The position numbers and the translations under genes were made by a program. Positions 18,210 to 29,100 of a DNA stretch of 64,000 nt are shown piece after piece (within the stretch, counting starts at the first letter, position 1; each line of letters begins with the position of its first letter). This DNA is from Candidatus Latescibacterota bacterium (GTDB taxonomy: Bacteria > Latescibacterota > UBA2968 > UBA8231), in contig OZ253462.1 in NCBI GenBank assembly GCA_965261395.1, positions 5,184,001 through 5,248,000 of the forward strand, written 5' to 3'. A model generated the notes under the pieces. The model did not search any database. It had not been told where the DNA came from and saw only the letters and a program-made list of their open reading frames with translations.

Positions 18210-19741
18210 TGGTCTCCCGCCTGTGGGCGCTTTGCTGCCTCCTCCTAATACCACTCGGCGCACGTGCCGAGCGCGCCGACACCACCATCGCCGACCAGAC
18301 CTACGCCCTGCTTCCGGCGGCGGACCTGCTCTCGCGCTTACAACGGGCAAAAGGGCCGATCCACCTCCGCGCCACCGCCGTCGTCGGCCCCCTCTACGCC
18401 CCTACCGCCGGCCTCGACACCGTGCGCGCCGCGCTCTATCTCGACGACGTCTTCTTCTTCGACGAGGTCACCCTCAACAACGTGGTCTTCCTCGGTCCGG
18501 TGCAGGGCGAGCGCGCCACATTCGCCAACGGCCTCTCGCTGATAAATACCCGCTTCCACAGCGCATTCGGCCTGCGCGCAAGCCGGTCCGGCAAGCACCT
18601 CAACTGCAAACAGGCGGTCTTTCACGCCGACGCCGACTTTGCCGACGGCGATTTCGCTGGTCCCAATTCGTTTATCAACGCCCGCTTCGCCGGTGCCGCT
18701 CGCTTCGCGCGCACCCGCTTTGCAGCCGCCGCCTACTTTGAAGGCACCCACTTCGCTGGCCAGACCGACTTTGCCGACGCCCGCTTCGCCGGTGTCGCCT
18801 CCTTCAAGGACGCCCGTTGGAATGGCCCGGCTTCCTTTGCCGGTGCCCGCTTTGCCGAACGCGCCCTCTTCTGGCGGACCCAGTTCCGCGCCGCAGCCGA
18901 CTTTGCAGCGGTCCGCGCCGACGGGGAGGTCTCCTTCAACCAAGCCACCTTCGCCAACCAAGCTCATTTCGCCGACTTCACCTTCGCCCAAGCCGCCCAC
19001 TTCACCAACGCGACTTTCGCCCGCGCGAACTTTGGCGGCAGCTACTTCCGCAAAGAGGCCAATTTTAGCGGCGTCCAAGCGCAGACACTGCGTTTCAACT
19101 CCTTTTTCAACCGCACCCTCGACCTGCGTCGCTCCACTATCGGCACCCTCGATCTGCACCCAAGTGCCCAAGCTGATTCTACCTTTGCCGAGAGCGCCCA
19201 ACTCTACTTGCAGCAAGCCTATTTCGAGCGCCTCCGCGTCCGCTGGGCGCACGTGCGCCACCGGCTAGCCGCTACTGACTCGGCGTCGTTCACCGGGCTC
19301 GACCCTGCCTACAACAGCCTGCGGCACCACTTCCTCACCCAAGGACTAAAAGACGACGCCGCAGCCTGCGAGGTCGAGCGTCTAGACCGCCAACGCGGCA
19401 CCCTTAGCTGGGCCGCGCCCAGACGTTGGGCGTTGGAGCTGTGGAACCTCAGTTCCCGCTACGGCACCGCCCCGCTGCAACTCGTCCTCTGTATCCTTGG
19501 CAGCATCCTCCTTTGGGCGCTGATCTACCGGCTGGCCCCTAGCACCTTGCGGTCCGCCAACGGCGACGAACGCCCCACCCTCGCCGACTGCATCGGCTTC
19601 AGCATTCACGCCTTCACCCGCACCGATCCCTACCCCTGGTACGCAACCGGCAAGCTCAAACTCCTCGCCAGCGTCCAAACCCTGCTGGGCTGGGTCTCGC
19701 TCGGCTTAGTGCTCGCCGTGACCTTGGCGCATCTGCTGTGA
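18209..19741 (+). CDS. Pentapeptide-repeat protein with C-terminal membrane (Ion_trans_2-like) segment
   Basis: Many A.F..A.F repeats; C-terminal SRYGTAP...FSIHAFT...LASVQTLLGW hydrophobic helices; N-terminal signal peptide. Confidence 0.75.
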   Translation: MVSRLWALCCLLLIPLGARAERADTTIADQTYALLPAADLLSRLQRAKGPIHLRATAVVGPLYAPTAGLDTVRAALYLDDVFFFDEVTLNNVVFLGPVQGERATFANGLSLINTRFHSAFGLRASRSGKHLNCKQAVFHADADFADGDFAGPNSFINARFAGAARFARTRFAAAAYFEGTHFAGQTDFADARFAGVASFKDARWNGPASFAGARFAERALFWRTQFRAAADFAAVRADGEVSFNQATFANQAHFADFTFAQAAHFTNATFARANFGGSYFRKEANFSGVQAQTLRFNSFFNRTLDLRRSTIGTLDLHPSAQADSTFAESAQLYLQQAYFERLRVRWAHVRHRLAATDSASFTGLDPAYNSLRHHFLTQGLKDDAAACEVERLDRQRGTLSWAAPRRWALELWNLSSRYGTAPLQLVLCILGSILLWALIYRLAPSTLRSANGDERPTLADCIGFSIHAFTRTDPYPWYATGKLKLLASVQTLLGWVSLGLVLAVTLAHLL

Positions 19742-21363
19742 GCACTCCGTGGCCGTGGCTGGCCGCCCTCGCACTGTTGAGCGGCTGCACCTCCGAGCCT
19801 TCTGCGCCCACCGCCTCGACCCACTTTGTCGACGTCGGCCGGGCCGCCGGCTTGGACTTTACCCACTTCAACGGCTTTTCCGGGGAGTACTACTACGTCG
19901 AAACATTTGGTGCCGGGGCCGCCTTCCTCGACTACGACGGCGATTGGGACCTCGACCTCTACTTAGTCAACGGCACCTACCTAAAAGGACTTCCCCCCGA
20001 CCCCCTGCCCCGCAATCACCTCTACCAAAATCACGGGCAAGGAACCTTCCACAACGTCAGTGGCCTCACCGCCGCAGCCGACCCAGGCTATGGCTTCGGG
20101 GTCTCGGCCGCCGACTACGACGCCGATGGCGATCAGGATCTCTTCGTCGCCAACTACGGCCCCAACGCCCTCTACCGCAACGACAACGGCACCTTTGCTC
20201 GCAAGGAGGTCGGCGTCGAAGACCCGCGCTGGGGCACTAGCGCCGGCTTCTTCGACTACGACTTGGACGGCGACCTCGACCTCTTCGTCGCCAACTACGT
20301 TCACTTCAGCCTCGACGCCAATATCGTCTGCAAGGTCGGCAAGACCCGCTCCTACTGCGAGCCGGCCGCCTATTCCCCAATCGGCGACATCCTCTACCGC
20401 AACGACGGTGGCCGCTTCACCGACGTCAGCGAGCCGGCCGGCATTACCCTAGCGGGCCGCGGCCTCGGCGTGGCCTTTGCCGACTACGACTTGGACGGCG
20501 ACACCGACCTCTATGTGGCCAACGACGGGACGATGAACTTTCTCTACGAGAACCAGCGCGGCACTTTCGCCGAGGTCGGGCTGGCGGCCGGCACCCGCTA
20601 CGATGAACACGGCCACGCCGAGGCCGGCATGGGCACTGACTTTGGCGACTACGACCGCGACGGCGATATGGACCTTTTCGTCACTAATTTTGCCTTTGAG
20701 ACCAACACGCTCTACCAAAACGACGGCCAAGGCCAGTTCGCCATCGCCTCTGGGCGACTCGGCCTGGGTGAGGCCTCGTTCCGGCCCCTCGGCTTTGGCA
20801 CCCGCTTCCTCGACTACGACAACGACCGCGATCTCGACCTCTTTGTCGCCAATGGACACGTCATGGACGTAGTCGCCGAATGGGACTCGACCCAGACCTA
20901 CCGCCAGACCAACCAGCTATTCCGCAACGAGGACGGCCAACGCTTCGCCGATGTCTCTGCTAGTATGGGACCAGCCTTTGCCCAAGCCAATGTCGGGCGC
21001 GGCACGGCGGTGGCCGACTACGATGACGACGGCGATCTCGATTTGCTGGTCACCACCGTGGCCGCCCCACCGCGCCTATTGCGCAACGACGGCGGCCACC
21101 GCCACCACTGGCTGCAAATCTTCCTCACCGGTCGGACCCACCCCGATGCCCTCGGTGCCCGCGTGGTCGTCACCGCTGGCGATGTCCGGCAAACGCAGGA
21201 GCGCCAATCGGGCAGCAGCTATCTGTCCAGCCACGACCCACGACTGCACTTCGGCTTGGGAACGGCCACCCGCGCCCGCGTCGAAATCACTTGGCCTTCC
21301 GGCCAAGTGCAGACCCTCGAAAACGTCGCCGCCGACCAAGTCCTCCGCGTCGAGGAACCTTAG
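19738..21363 (+). CDS. CRTAC1/ASPIC-UnbV family FG-GAP repeat lipoprotein
   Basis: Lipobox LSGC; repeated DYDxDGDxDL; C-terminal SYLSSHDPRLHFGLG...VEITWPSG. Confidence 0.9.
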   Translation: MSTPWPWLAALALLSGCTSEPSAPTASTHFVDVGRAAGLDFTHFNGFSGEYYYVETFGAGAAFLDYDGDWDLDLYLVNGTYLKGLPPDPLPRNHLYQNHGQGTFHNVSGLTAAADPGYGFGVSAADYDADGDQDLFVANYGPNALYRNDNGTFARKEVGVEDPRWGTSAGFFDYDLDGDLDLFVANYVHFSLDANIVCKVGKTRSYCEPAAYSPIGDILYRNDGGRFTDVSEPAGITLAGRGLGVAFADYDLDGDTDLYVANDGTMNFLYENQRGTFAEVGLAAGTRYDEHGHAEAGMGTDFGDYDRDGDMDLFVTNFAFETNTLYQNDGQGQFAIASGRLGLGEASFRPLGFGTRFLDYDNDRDLDLFVANGHVMDVVAEWDSTQTYRQTNQLFRNEDGQRFADVSASMGPAFAQANVGRGTAVADYDDDGDLDLLVTTVAAPPRLLRNDGGHRHHWLQIFLTGRTHPDALGARVVVTAGDVRQTQERQSGSSYLSSHDPRLHFGLGTATRARVEITWPSGQVQTLENVAADQVLRVEEP

Positions 21364-21666
21364 ATCGCCACCATGCTCGCTCAGCTTTCGGGACTGCCCA
21401 CCTGCCTCGTGCGCAAACAGGCCAAAGAATACGGCACCTGCAAACTCGCCGAAGGTCCCGACATTGCCAGCAAAAATCTGCTGATCGTTGAAGATGTGGT
21501 CACTTCCGGTGGACAAATTGCTCTTTCCGCTCAGGACCTGCGCAATCTCGGCGCAGAGGTTTCGCAGGCCATCTGCGTGATTGACCGCGAATCCGGCGGC
21601 ACCGAGAGCCTAGCCCGAGCAGGCATTGAACTCCGCGCCTTGTTTCGGATGAGCGAACTGAAGTGA
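21364..21666 (+). pseudogene. pyrE: Orotate phosphoribosyltransferase, C-terminal half only
   Basis: IATMLAQLSG...VRKQAKEYGT...LIVEDVVTSGG (PRPP motif)...VIDRESGG. The N-terminal half is absent and the homology begins immediately after the upstream stop codon. Confidence 0.8.
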
Positions 21667-23147
21667 CGGTGGGTGCCGAAAGCGACTCATCCATGAATCG
21701 TCCCAATATCCTCTTCATCCTCTCCGACCAGCACAGCAAATTCCACCTCGGCTGCTACGGCGACCCGCTGGTGCGCACCCCGCACCTCGACCGCCTAGCC
21801 AGCGAGGGCATGCGCTTTGCCAACGCGTACACTCCCTCGCCTTTGTGCGTACCAGCGCGCATGGCCTTTATGACCGGGCGGCGGCCCAGCGCCAACCAAG
21901 TCTGGGGGAACGACCACATCCTCAACTCGGCGCTGCCGACTTGGGCCCACGCCATGGGAGCGGCCGGATACGAAACCGCGCTGATCGGCCGCATGCACTT
22001 TGTCGGCCCCGACCAGCGCCACGGCTTTGAGCACCGTCCCATCGGCGAGTACAGCGCCCGGCATCCGGGTGCGGCCCAGCAGGGCGGGCCGATGTTCAAG
22101 GACATCCCCGCCAGCACCTCGGGCCAGACCCGCGAATGCGTCGAAATAGCTGGGTACGGTCGCACCACGTACCAAGCCTTTGACGATCGGGTCGCTGAGG
22201 CGGCTTGCGCTTATTTGGAGGAAAAGGCGCAAGCGCACGATCGGCCCTTTGCCGCAGTAGCCGGCTTTGTGCTGCCGCACTGCCCTTTTTTCGCCCCCAA
22301 GGATCTATACGATTATTACTACGACCGCGTCGATGTGCCGCAACCCGACCCGGCCGGGGAGCCAGCGGCGGTGACTAATTTCAAAAAGCGCCGCCTCATT
22401 GACGAACCCCTGCCCAAAGAGCGCATCCGCGTGGCGCGGGCGGCCTATTTTGGTCTGTGCGAATACTTCGACCGCAAAGTCGGCCAGCTCCTCGACAAAC
22501 TCGACGAGACCGGCTTGCGCGACAATACCTTGGTGATCTACGCCAGCGACCACGGCGAGATGGCCGGCGAGCACGGCTGCTGGTGGAAGAGCAACTACTA
22601 CGAAGGCTCGGTAGGCGTCCCCCTCATCGCCCGTTTGCCTGGAGTGATACCAGCGGGCGTGGAAAACCCGGTGCTGTGCAATTTACTCGATTGGGCACCC
22701 ACGGCCGTAGAAGTAACCGGCGGCGAGCCCCTGCCCGCGGCCGACGGCCATTCGCTGTGGCGCGAACTACAAGGTCACGCGGATGACGCCCGCCCCCATA
22801 CCACCTTCAGCGAACTGGGGCCCTCGCGCGGAGGCCCTCCTTCGCGCATGATCCGGCAGGGGCCGTGGAAGCTCTACAAATATCACGACGACACCCCGCC
22901 GGCTTTGTTCAATCTGGCGGACGATCCAGGGGAATGGAACGATTTGGGCAGCGCTGGTGCCTACGCTGCCCTGCGGCAAAATTTGCTCGACCAGCTCTAC
23001 GCTGATTGGGACCCCAAACAGGTGGCCCGACGCAGCGCTGAAATGACGCGGAATGCCCAAGTGCTGACAGCGTGGGGACGGGCGGTGCAGCCCCTGCACG
23101 AAGATACTCTGCCAGTCGAAGACGACGAGGATGTGGTGCGCTGTTGA
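21663..23147 (+). CDS. Sulfatase (choline-sulfatase-like, formylglycine-dependent)
   Basis: RPNILFILSDQH, CVPAR (CxPxR), GRMH and SDHGEM motifs. Start is GTG 21663 or ATG 21693. Confidence 0.92.
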   Translation: MTVGAESDSSMNRPNILFILSDQHSKFHLGCYGDPLVRTPHLDRLASEGMRFANAYTPSPLCVPARMAFMTGRRPSANQVWGNDHILNSALPTWAHAMGAAGYETALIGRMHFVGPDQRHGFEHRPIGEYSARHPGAAQQGGPMFKDIPASTSGQTRECVEIAGYGRTTYQAFDDRVAEAACAYLEEKAQAHDRPFAAVAGFVLPHCPFFAPKDLYDYYYDRVDVPQPDPAGEPAAVTNFKKRRLIDEPLPKERIRVARAAYFGLCEYFDRKVGQLLDKLDETGLRDNTLVIYASDHGEMAGEHGCWWKSNYYEGSVGVPLIARLPGVIPAGVENPVLCNLLDWAPTAVEVTGGEPLPAADGHSLWRELQGHADDARPHTTFSELGPSRGGPPSRMIRQGPWKLYKYHDDTPPALFNLADDPGEWNDLGSAGAYAALRQNLLDQLYADWDPKQVARRSAEMTRNAQVLTAWGRAVQPLHEDTLPVEDDEDVVRC

Positions 23148-23157
23148 GGGAGTCGCC

Positions 23158-26100
23158 TCACATATACGACAGAAAATGCCCAGTCTCCCCCAGCACTCCA
23201 TCAATGCACAGCCACAATCCGGCCGCCGTCGCCTCGCCCAAAATCAGCCCTAAAAAAAATGGCTTGGCCCGCTCGTAAAGCGGCATCCCGCCCCACTTGA
23301 CAATGCCCAGTTTGAGCGCCCACGCGATGCACACTGAAAACCACACTTGATTAGCCAGCCAGCCCACGCTGACGATAAACCCCAACGGGTGCAACGGCCA
23401 CCAATAAAACCGATGGTGCCCCCACAAAAGCACGGCCTCGAAGAGTCCGCCGATGCCGGTAAAAAACCAACCCCGCCCGTCGGCTGGCAGCGGATCGACG
23501 ATCGGCCGCGCCATGTCGGTAAATGTGCGCCCGGCCTGACGGGTCATAAAGAAGGGGTGCAAATTGATCCCGCCGTGCTCGTAACACACCTGAAAAATGA
23601 TCCACGTCGCCCCGGCCAAACTCACCACCAACGCCAGCGCCATCCCCCAAAACAGCCGCCTTTTAGAGCCAACCACCGCCTCGGCCAGCTTGAGCGAATT
23701 GGCCGCGGCAATCATCGGAAAAAGCCGCATCTCGGACTGCCAGATGTAGGTAAAGGTCAGGGCCGTCAGCCCCTTGGCCCCAATCACCGGTGCGCCGACC
23801 GCGGAAATGACGAAAAACGCCGCCACCATCGGCGAACGCGCCGTCGCCAACCCGGCCGTGGCCACCGCCCGCGTGACGAACACGTAGAAGAGCAGGCACA
23901 CCAACAAAAACAGCGGCAAAATCGCCAGTGGCACCCCGGACGCCCACAGCCAGACGCCCACGAAAAACAGGCTGGCCAAAAAGCCAAAGACCGCCACCCG
24001 GTAGGAAAGCATCTCCCCTGAATCATCCACCGTTGGGTCGCCGCGCCACGCCTTGCGCCACACCGCCCCCAAGTGCTGCCGCCCCATCCACAAGGTGTAG
24101 CCGACGAAAATTAGACAAGCCCCCATCACCTCGTGCGTCAGATCCGCGGTCTGCGAGTAGGAGTAGAGACTCAGCTTTTCGCTGCTGGCAATGCCTAAGT
24201 CGGCGAAAATCCCCTCTTGTGCCTTGTTGAAGACGTAGAAGAACCAAATCGAAAAGGAAATGTTCAGGTTGACCAAATAGAAAAAGCCGATCCACGCGTA
24301 CACCCAGTGCAAATTCAGCTTATTGCCGATCCACGACAGGAGCCCAGCCGACTGAATCGGCTGCGGCACCGCCGGGAAGTAGTAGTGCAGCCCCTTGAAC
24401 GACAGCAGGACGAACGGCACCGCAAAGCCGATCCACAACAGCCGCTGCTTAAAAAGCGGTGCCAGCTTAAATCCCGGCCGGCCCTCCTCCACCATCTTGA
24501 GCGGCAGTTGCACCATGGGATAGGCCAGCCGCTCGTGCTGCGACCACTGCCGGTGCAGGATGGAACTCATGCAGAGCATCATAAAGCTCAGCACCAAAAA
24601 GAAGACGTACCAATAGCCCAGGGTCTCGCTCCAAGCCCCCCACGGAATGCTCTCCCCAGGCGGCAGCCCCTCGTGCAAACCGACAATCGCCTGCCGGTCC
24701 TGCGGTGCCAGCCACGGCGTCACGTGCGGAAAGAAAATCTCGCCCCAGTTGTTTTCCGGGGTCGCGTAGTAGTACAGCCCGCTGATGATCGGAATCAGGT
24801 AGCCGACAAACGCCTGCGTTGGCACCGCCGACGCTAGCAGCATCATCGCGTAAATGAGCACCAAATCGGCCCGCCCCAAGGCGAGGCCGCGGCCGAGCGC
24901 CCGCAGCAGGGTATTGCCCCCCACCACCAACACAAAAAACAGAAAGATCGCCCCGGGCGACGAGCTGTTGAGCGCCATGTACGACCCTTGTAGCATAATC
25001 ACCGCATAGGGTGCCCCCATGCCGATGCCCAAGGCCAACAGCGCCCCCACCGCAAACCCCCGCCAAGTAAAGGACGCCGACTGTTCCGCTGCCAACTGTT
25101 GCTCCACCCGCTCCTCGGCCTGCTTAGCCGCCAACGCTCGCGCCGACTCCACGTGCTGGACTCGCTCGGCCTCCCGGAGCGCATACCAAATCAACATCTG
25201 CTTCCGCAGCGCCTCCACCAGCCGCAGATTGAGCCGCTGCCAGTAGTGGTGCTCGCCGCTTAGTCGGCGCAGCCTGACTTCCATCGCCCGTGCACGCGCT
25301 TCGGCCGACACGAACTCCACGACCACCTCTTGGCTCACCCCCAAGTCAAACGGGGCCAACCACAGCGTAAACGAGAGGCGATAGCCGTCGGCCTGCGTAA
25401 CTTGCATATCTTCGACGTAGAAATCCCCCAGCGTCGCCCGACCAAAGGCCCCAAAGTAGTTGGCCAAAAAGCCGCACACCCCCTCGATTTCTCCCTCGCC
25501 GAGCATGAAGGGAAACTCAAACAGCCACTCGTCGCCGCTGGGCGGGTCTGGCCGCCAGCGCCGCACCACGTCCGGCACCGCCTGCCGCGCTGCCTGCCGC
25601 GCCGGATAGATCGTCGAGAGCAACACCACCCCCATCACCGCCAGCGCGGCCCCAATCGCCGCCAGCGACGAGTAGTTCAAGGTAATGCCCTGCAACAACC
25701 CCAGTGCTAACAGAACCCGCCCCAACCCCTGGCCCAGCAAGTAGCCCAGCGTCGTCCCCAGCACCGCATAGACGCAGGCTTCGGCCACAAACAGCAGCGC
25801 GATGTGCAAGGGAGCCAGCCCCACCGAGGAATAGATGCCGATCTCGCGCAGGCGTTCGTGCACCGCCCCCATCATCGCATTGAGCACAATGAGCGCGGCC
25901 ACCAGCGCGGGAATCGCCAGCGCCCCCAGCCCCTCCACAGCCGTCAGCCCCACCGAGCTCAGGGCCGTCACCTCCCCTTCCGGCGAGCCGACAAACAAGG
26001 TAGCCGCCACCCGCGTCAGATAGTCCTCGACCAGCGCCTGCCCGTCGGTCGCCCCCGGAAAGCGCACGGCCACCGAGCGCAAGCTGCCCCCGGCCTCGGC

Positions 26101-29100
26101 CAGCGTTTGATAGGGCACGAGGACCACGTGGTGCGGCTTTAGGTGGATGAAGGGCCGCAGTTCGTGTGGATCCTCCTCGTCGGCAATATCCACATCCTGC
26201 GCTGCCCCTAGCTGGAGCACCTCTGCGCCCGACAGGACAAAATCGGCCGGCATCAGACTCTCGTCGTCGAGGTCGCGCAGTTCACCCAACCGCTCCGGGT
26301 CGGCAATCCCGCGCACCTTCAGCACGCGCCCGAACACTTCGACCTGATCCCCGACCCCGATACCCAACGCCTCAGCCATGTCCAGCGGCAAGATGCAGGT
26401 GGCCTCGTCATCTGCGGCAAAAAACGATCCAGCCACCAAGCTCGCATCCACCCGGGTGATCTGCGCCTCCTCTGGCGTCAGGCCCAACAAGCCCGTGGCC
26501 CGCACCGCGTTTCCAGCCGCCGTCACCGCGATCCAGCCCCCCTTGCCGCCTTCGGCCGCGTACCAGCCGCGTCGCCCCATCCAGCCGCTGCCGCCAAAGT
26601 GCGACTCAGCGTAGTCGAGCGCCTCCGGCGTCAGGCGCTCCCAGCCGCGATCGCGGATGAGGATCCCGGGGTACGATCCAGCGTGTGGTAGCTGGAAACT
26701 CGCGTAGCGGATTTGCTGTTCAAACGAGGTAAAAGAGAGCAGGGTAAACGTCAAAAGCGTCAGCGTCGCCAGCGTCAAACCGGTGCGCAGAGGCCGCCGC
26801 CGCATATTGGAAATCCCCAGCATGAAGGCCGCATAACTCGCGCTCAAGCGGCTCAGGTCCTGAGCGTGGACCCGCATCTGCTGGCTCTGGTGCTGGGCCA
26901 TGACGCGGTTGAACCGGCTTACCAGCATACAGAGCACCAAGGCAGCCATTGCCATGATCGCAAACGCCAACAGCACCACCAGCGGCTCGGCCAGCTCAAA
27001 GGCTGGATGTACCTGCGCCAAAATCAGCCAAATCGCCAGCAATAACAGCCCAAAGCCAGCGAGCTGCCGGCGAATATCGGCCGCGGCAAACAAGAGCCGC
27101 TCCCCGAAAAAGGCCGCCGGCAACAACAGCGCCATAAAGAAGATCACCCCTTCGAGGACGTCGTTGAGCGTCGCCAAGACCTCCGGGTAGGCCCGCGTCT
27201 CCAAGCCCAGCGCCTTGCGGCTCCACGCGATGTACTCATCCCACTTTAGTTGCTCGGCCGCTGCTGCCGCCTCGGCTATGGCCGCCGCCGCCTGCGCGTG
27301 GAGGCGCGTCAACCGCTGATTTTCAATGCCGTGCTCCTTGAGCACTCCCAGCCGCGCCGCATCCAAGTTCCACACGTCTTGCGCCGCCTGCAGCGTCGCG
27401 GCCCCAAATCCCTCCTCGGCCAGCAAAAATCCCCGGCCCCGCGCCTCGACCTCGCTTTGGCTGCCCTCGCTGTTGAGCAACAAAAGCTGACCGTCCAAAA
27501 TCACTTTGACGCGATCGTCGGCCGCGGCATCGACCGGCCCGTAGATTACTCCCACCGAGCCAATGCTGCTTGGACCCAGCGCGTACCCGTACTGGCCCGG
27601 CTCGCCCCCGTCCGCTGACAGCACCTTGACTTGGTTCAACGCGCGCAAAAGGCGCGGCTCGACCAAGCCGTACAGAGGCCGACCCACCCCGGGGAAGAGC
27701 ACGGCGATCTGCTCGTTTTGCGGCCAGCGCACATTAGTGGCCAAGCGGCCATCCGCCCCCGGTTTCCCGTGGTGCGCTTGCGCGCGGGTGCTCAAATCCA
27801 CGACGTGGGTAAGCACCCCCCGCTCGGCGTCCAGCGCCGCCACCGCCAGCGGATACGTCCCCTGCACCAGCCCAGGGACCCGCGCCGTCCCGGCGGCATC
27901 CGCGAGAAAGTAGCGCGTGTCGCGCACTCCTTTGCGCTGTTCTTTTTCTACCTGCACCGCCACCAGCGCCCCGGCCACCGGCCGGTCCGGCACCTGACTG
28001 CGCCGGGGAAACGTCCGCGCTTTGACCCGCAAATCCCGCAGCCGATCCTCCAACGCCTCCTCGAGCCGCTCCCGCCCAGCCAACAGCGCCGTATCGGCCA
28101 ACGCATAGGCCAGTAGATCGGCCACTAGCGCCGCCTGTCCTTCCACATGGTCCCACGCCACGCTCTCGCCCGTGTCCTGCGGCAAATCCAGCGCAAAGCG
28201 GGCATCGCCTACCGTGGCCAGCGTCAGCGACGGGAACCCCGTCTCAAGCGCCAACTCCCCATCCGCGACCAAGCCCCCAGGCATATAGCTGTCCCAATCC
28301 ATTCCCCGAATTGGGCTGATGCCATTGGCCACCGCCTCGGCGCGGCCCAGTGCCTCCGCGTACTCGGTAAAGCGACGGCCAAAGGGCACGAAAAACCGCT
28401 TGAGCGCGTAGCTATCCGTGTTGTTCCACAGTACCACCCGCTCGCCGTGGCTGGACAAATCAAGACCAATGAACAGAGCAATATCCAGCGGCTCGGCCAG
28501 CCGGGCCGCGTAGTACTCTTGGCGGCGAGCGTGCCGGTCGAGAAAGGCGACCATGCCCTGCCGCCCTTGGAAGTGGGCACCCAGCGCGGCGATCACCACC
28601 GTGTGCGCTGGTGGGTTTGCTTGCAAGCGAGCAACCACCTCCAACAGCGCCGCTACACTCACCGCCGCCTCTGCCCCCGGTGCCCGCGCGGGCACCACCG
28701 ACGGCGCGTCGTAGTACGCATGGATGAGTACCGTCTCGTCCCGCGAGGTCCCCGCATCCTTGCCCGGCACCACCGCCCACACGTTGTACGCCACTCGCTC
28801 CTGCCAATCCATCCGCCCCCACAGCCCCACCTCCACCTCTCCATCCACCAACCGCCGCCGCAGCCGCTGTCCAGCGGCCCCCTCCACCCAAAAGCGTGGC
28901 ACATCCAACGGTGCCCGCACGTACTTGCCCTGCGCCTGCTGCGTAGTAGCCGAATCCGCAGCCACAAACACCACCGCCCGCGCCCCCAACGACGCGGCCT
29001 TCAGCCAAGCGTCCCCACTGGCAAAGTCCAGCACCACCACCCGCCCAGCCACCTCCTGCCCATTGAAATCGCCCCAATCCCCATCGCCGCCCCAAATCGC

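Noticed and set aside
18600-19100. Periodic TTCGCC/TTTGCC repeats
   Set aside because: Explained by pentapeptide-repeat coding.
19900-21060. Recurrent GACTACGAC...GGCGAC nucleotide repeats as a CRISPR-like array
   Set aside because: They are the coding FG-GAP (DYDxDGD) repeats of the CRTAC1-like protein, degenerate and irregularly spaced.
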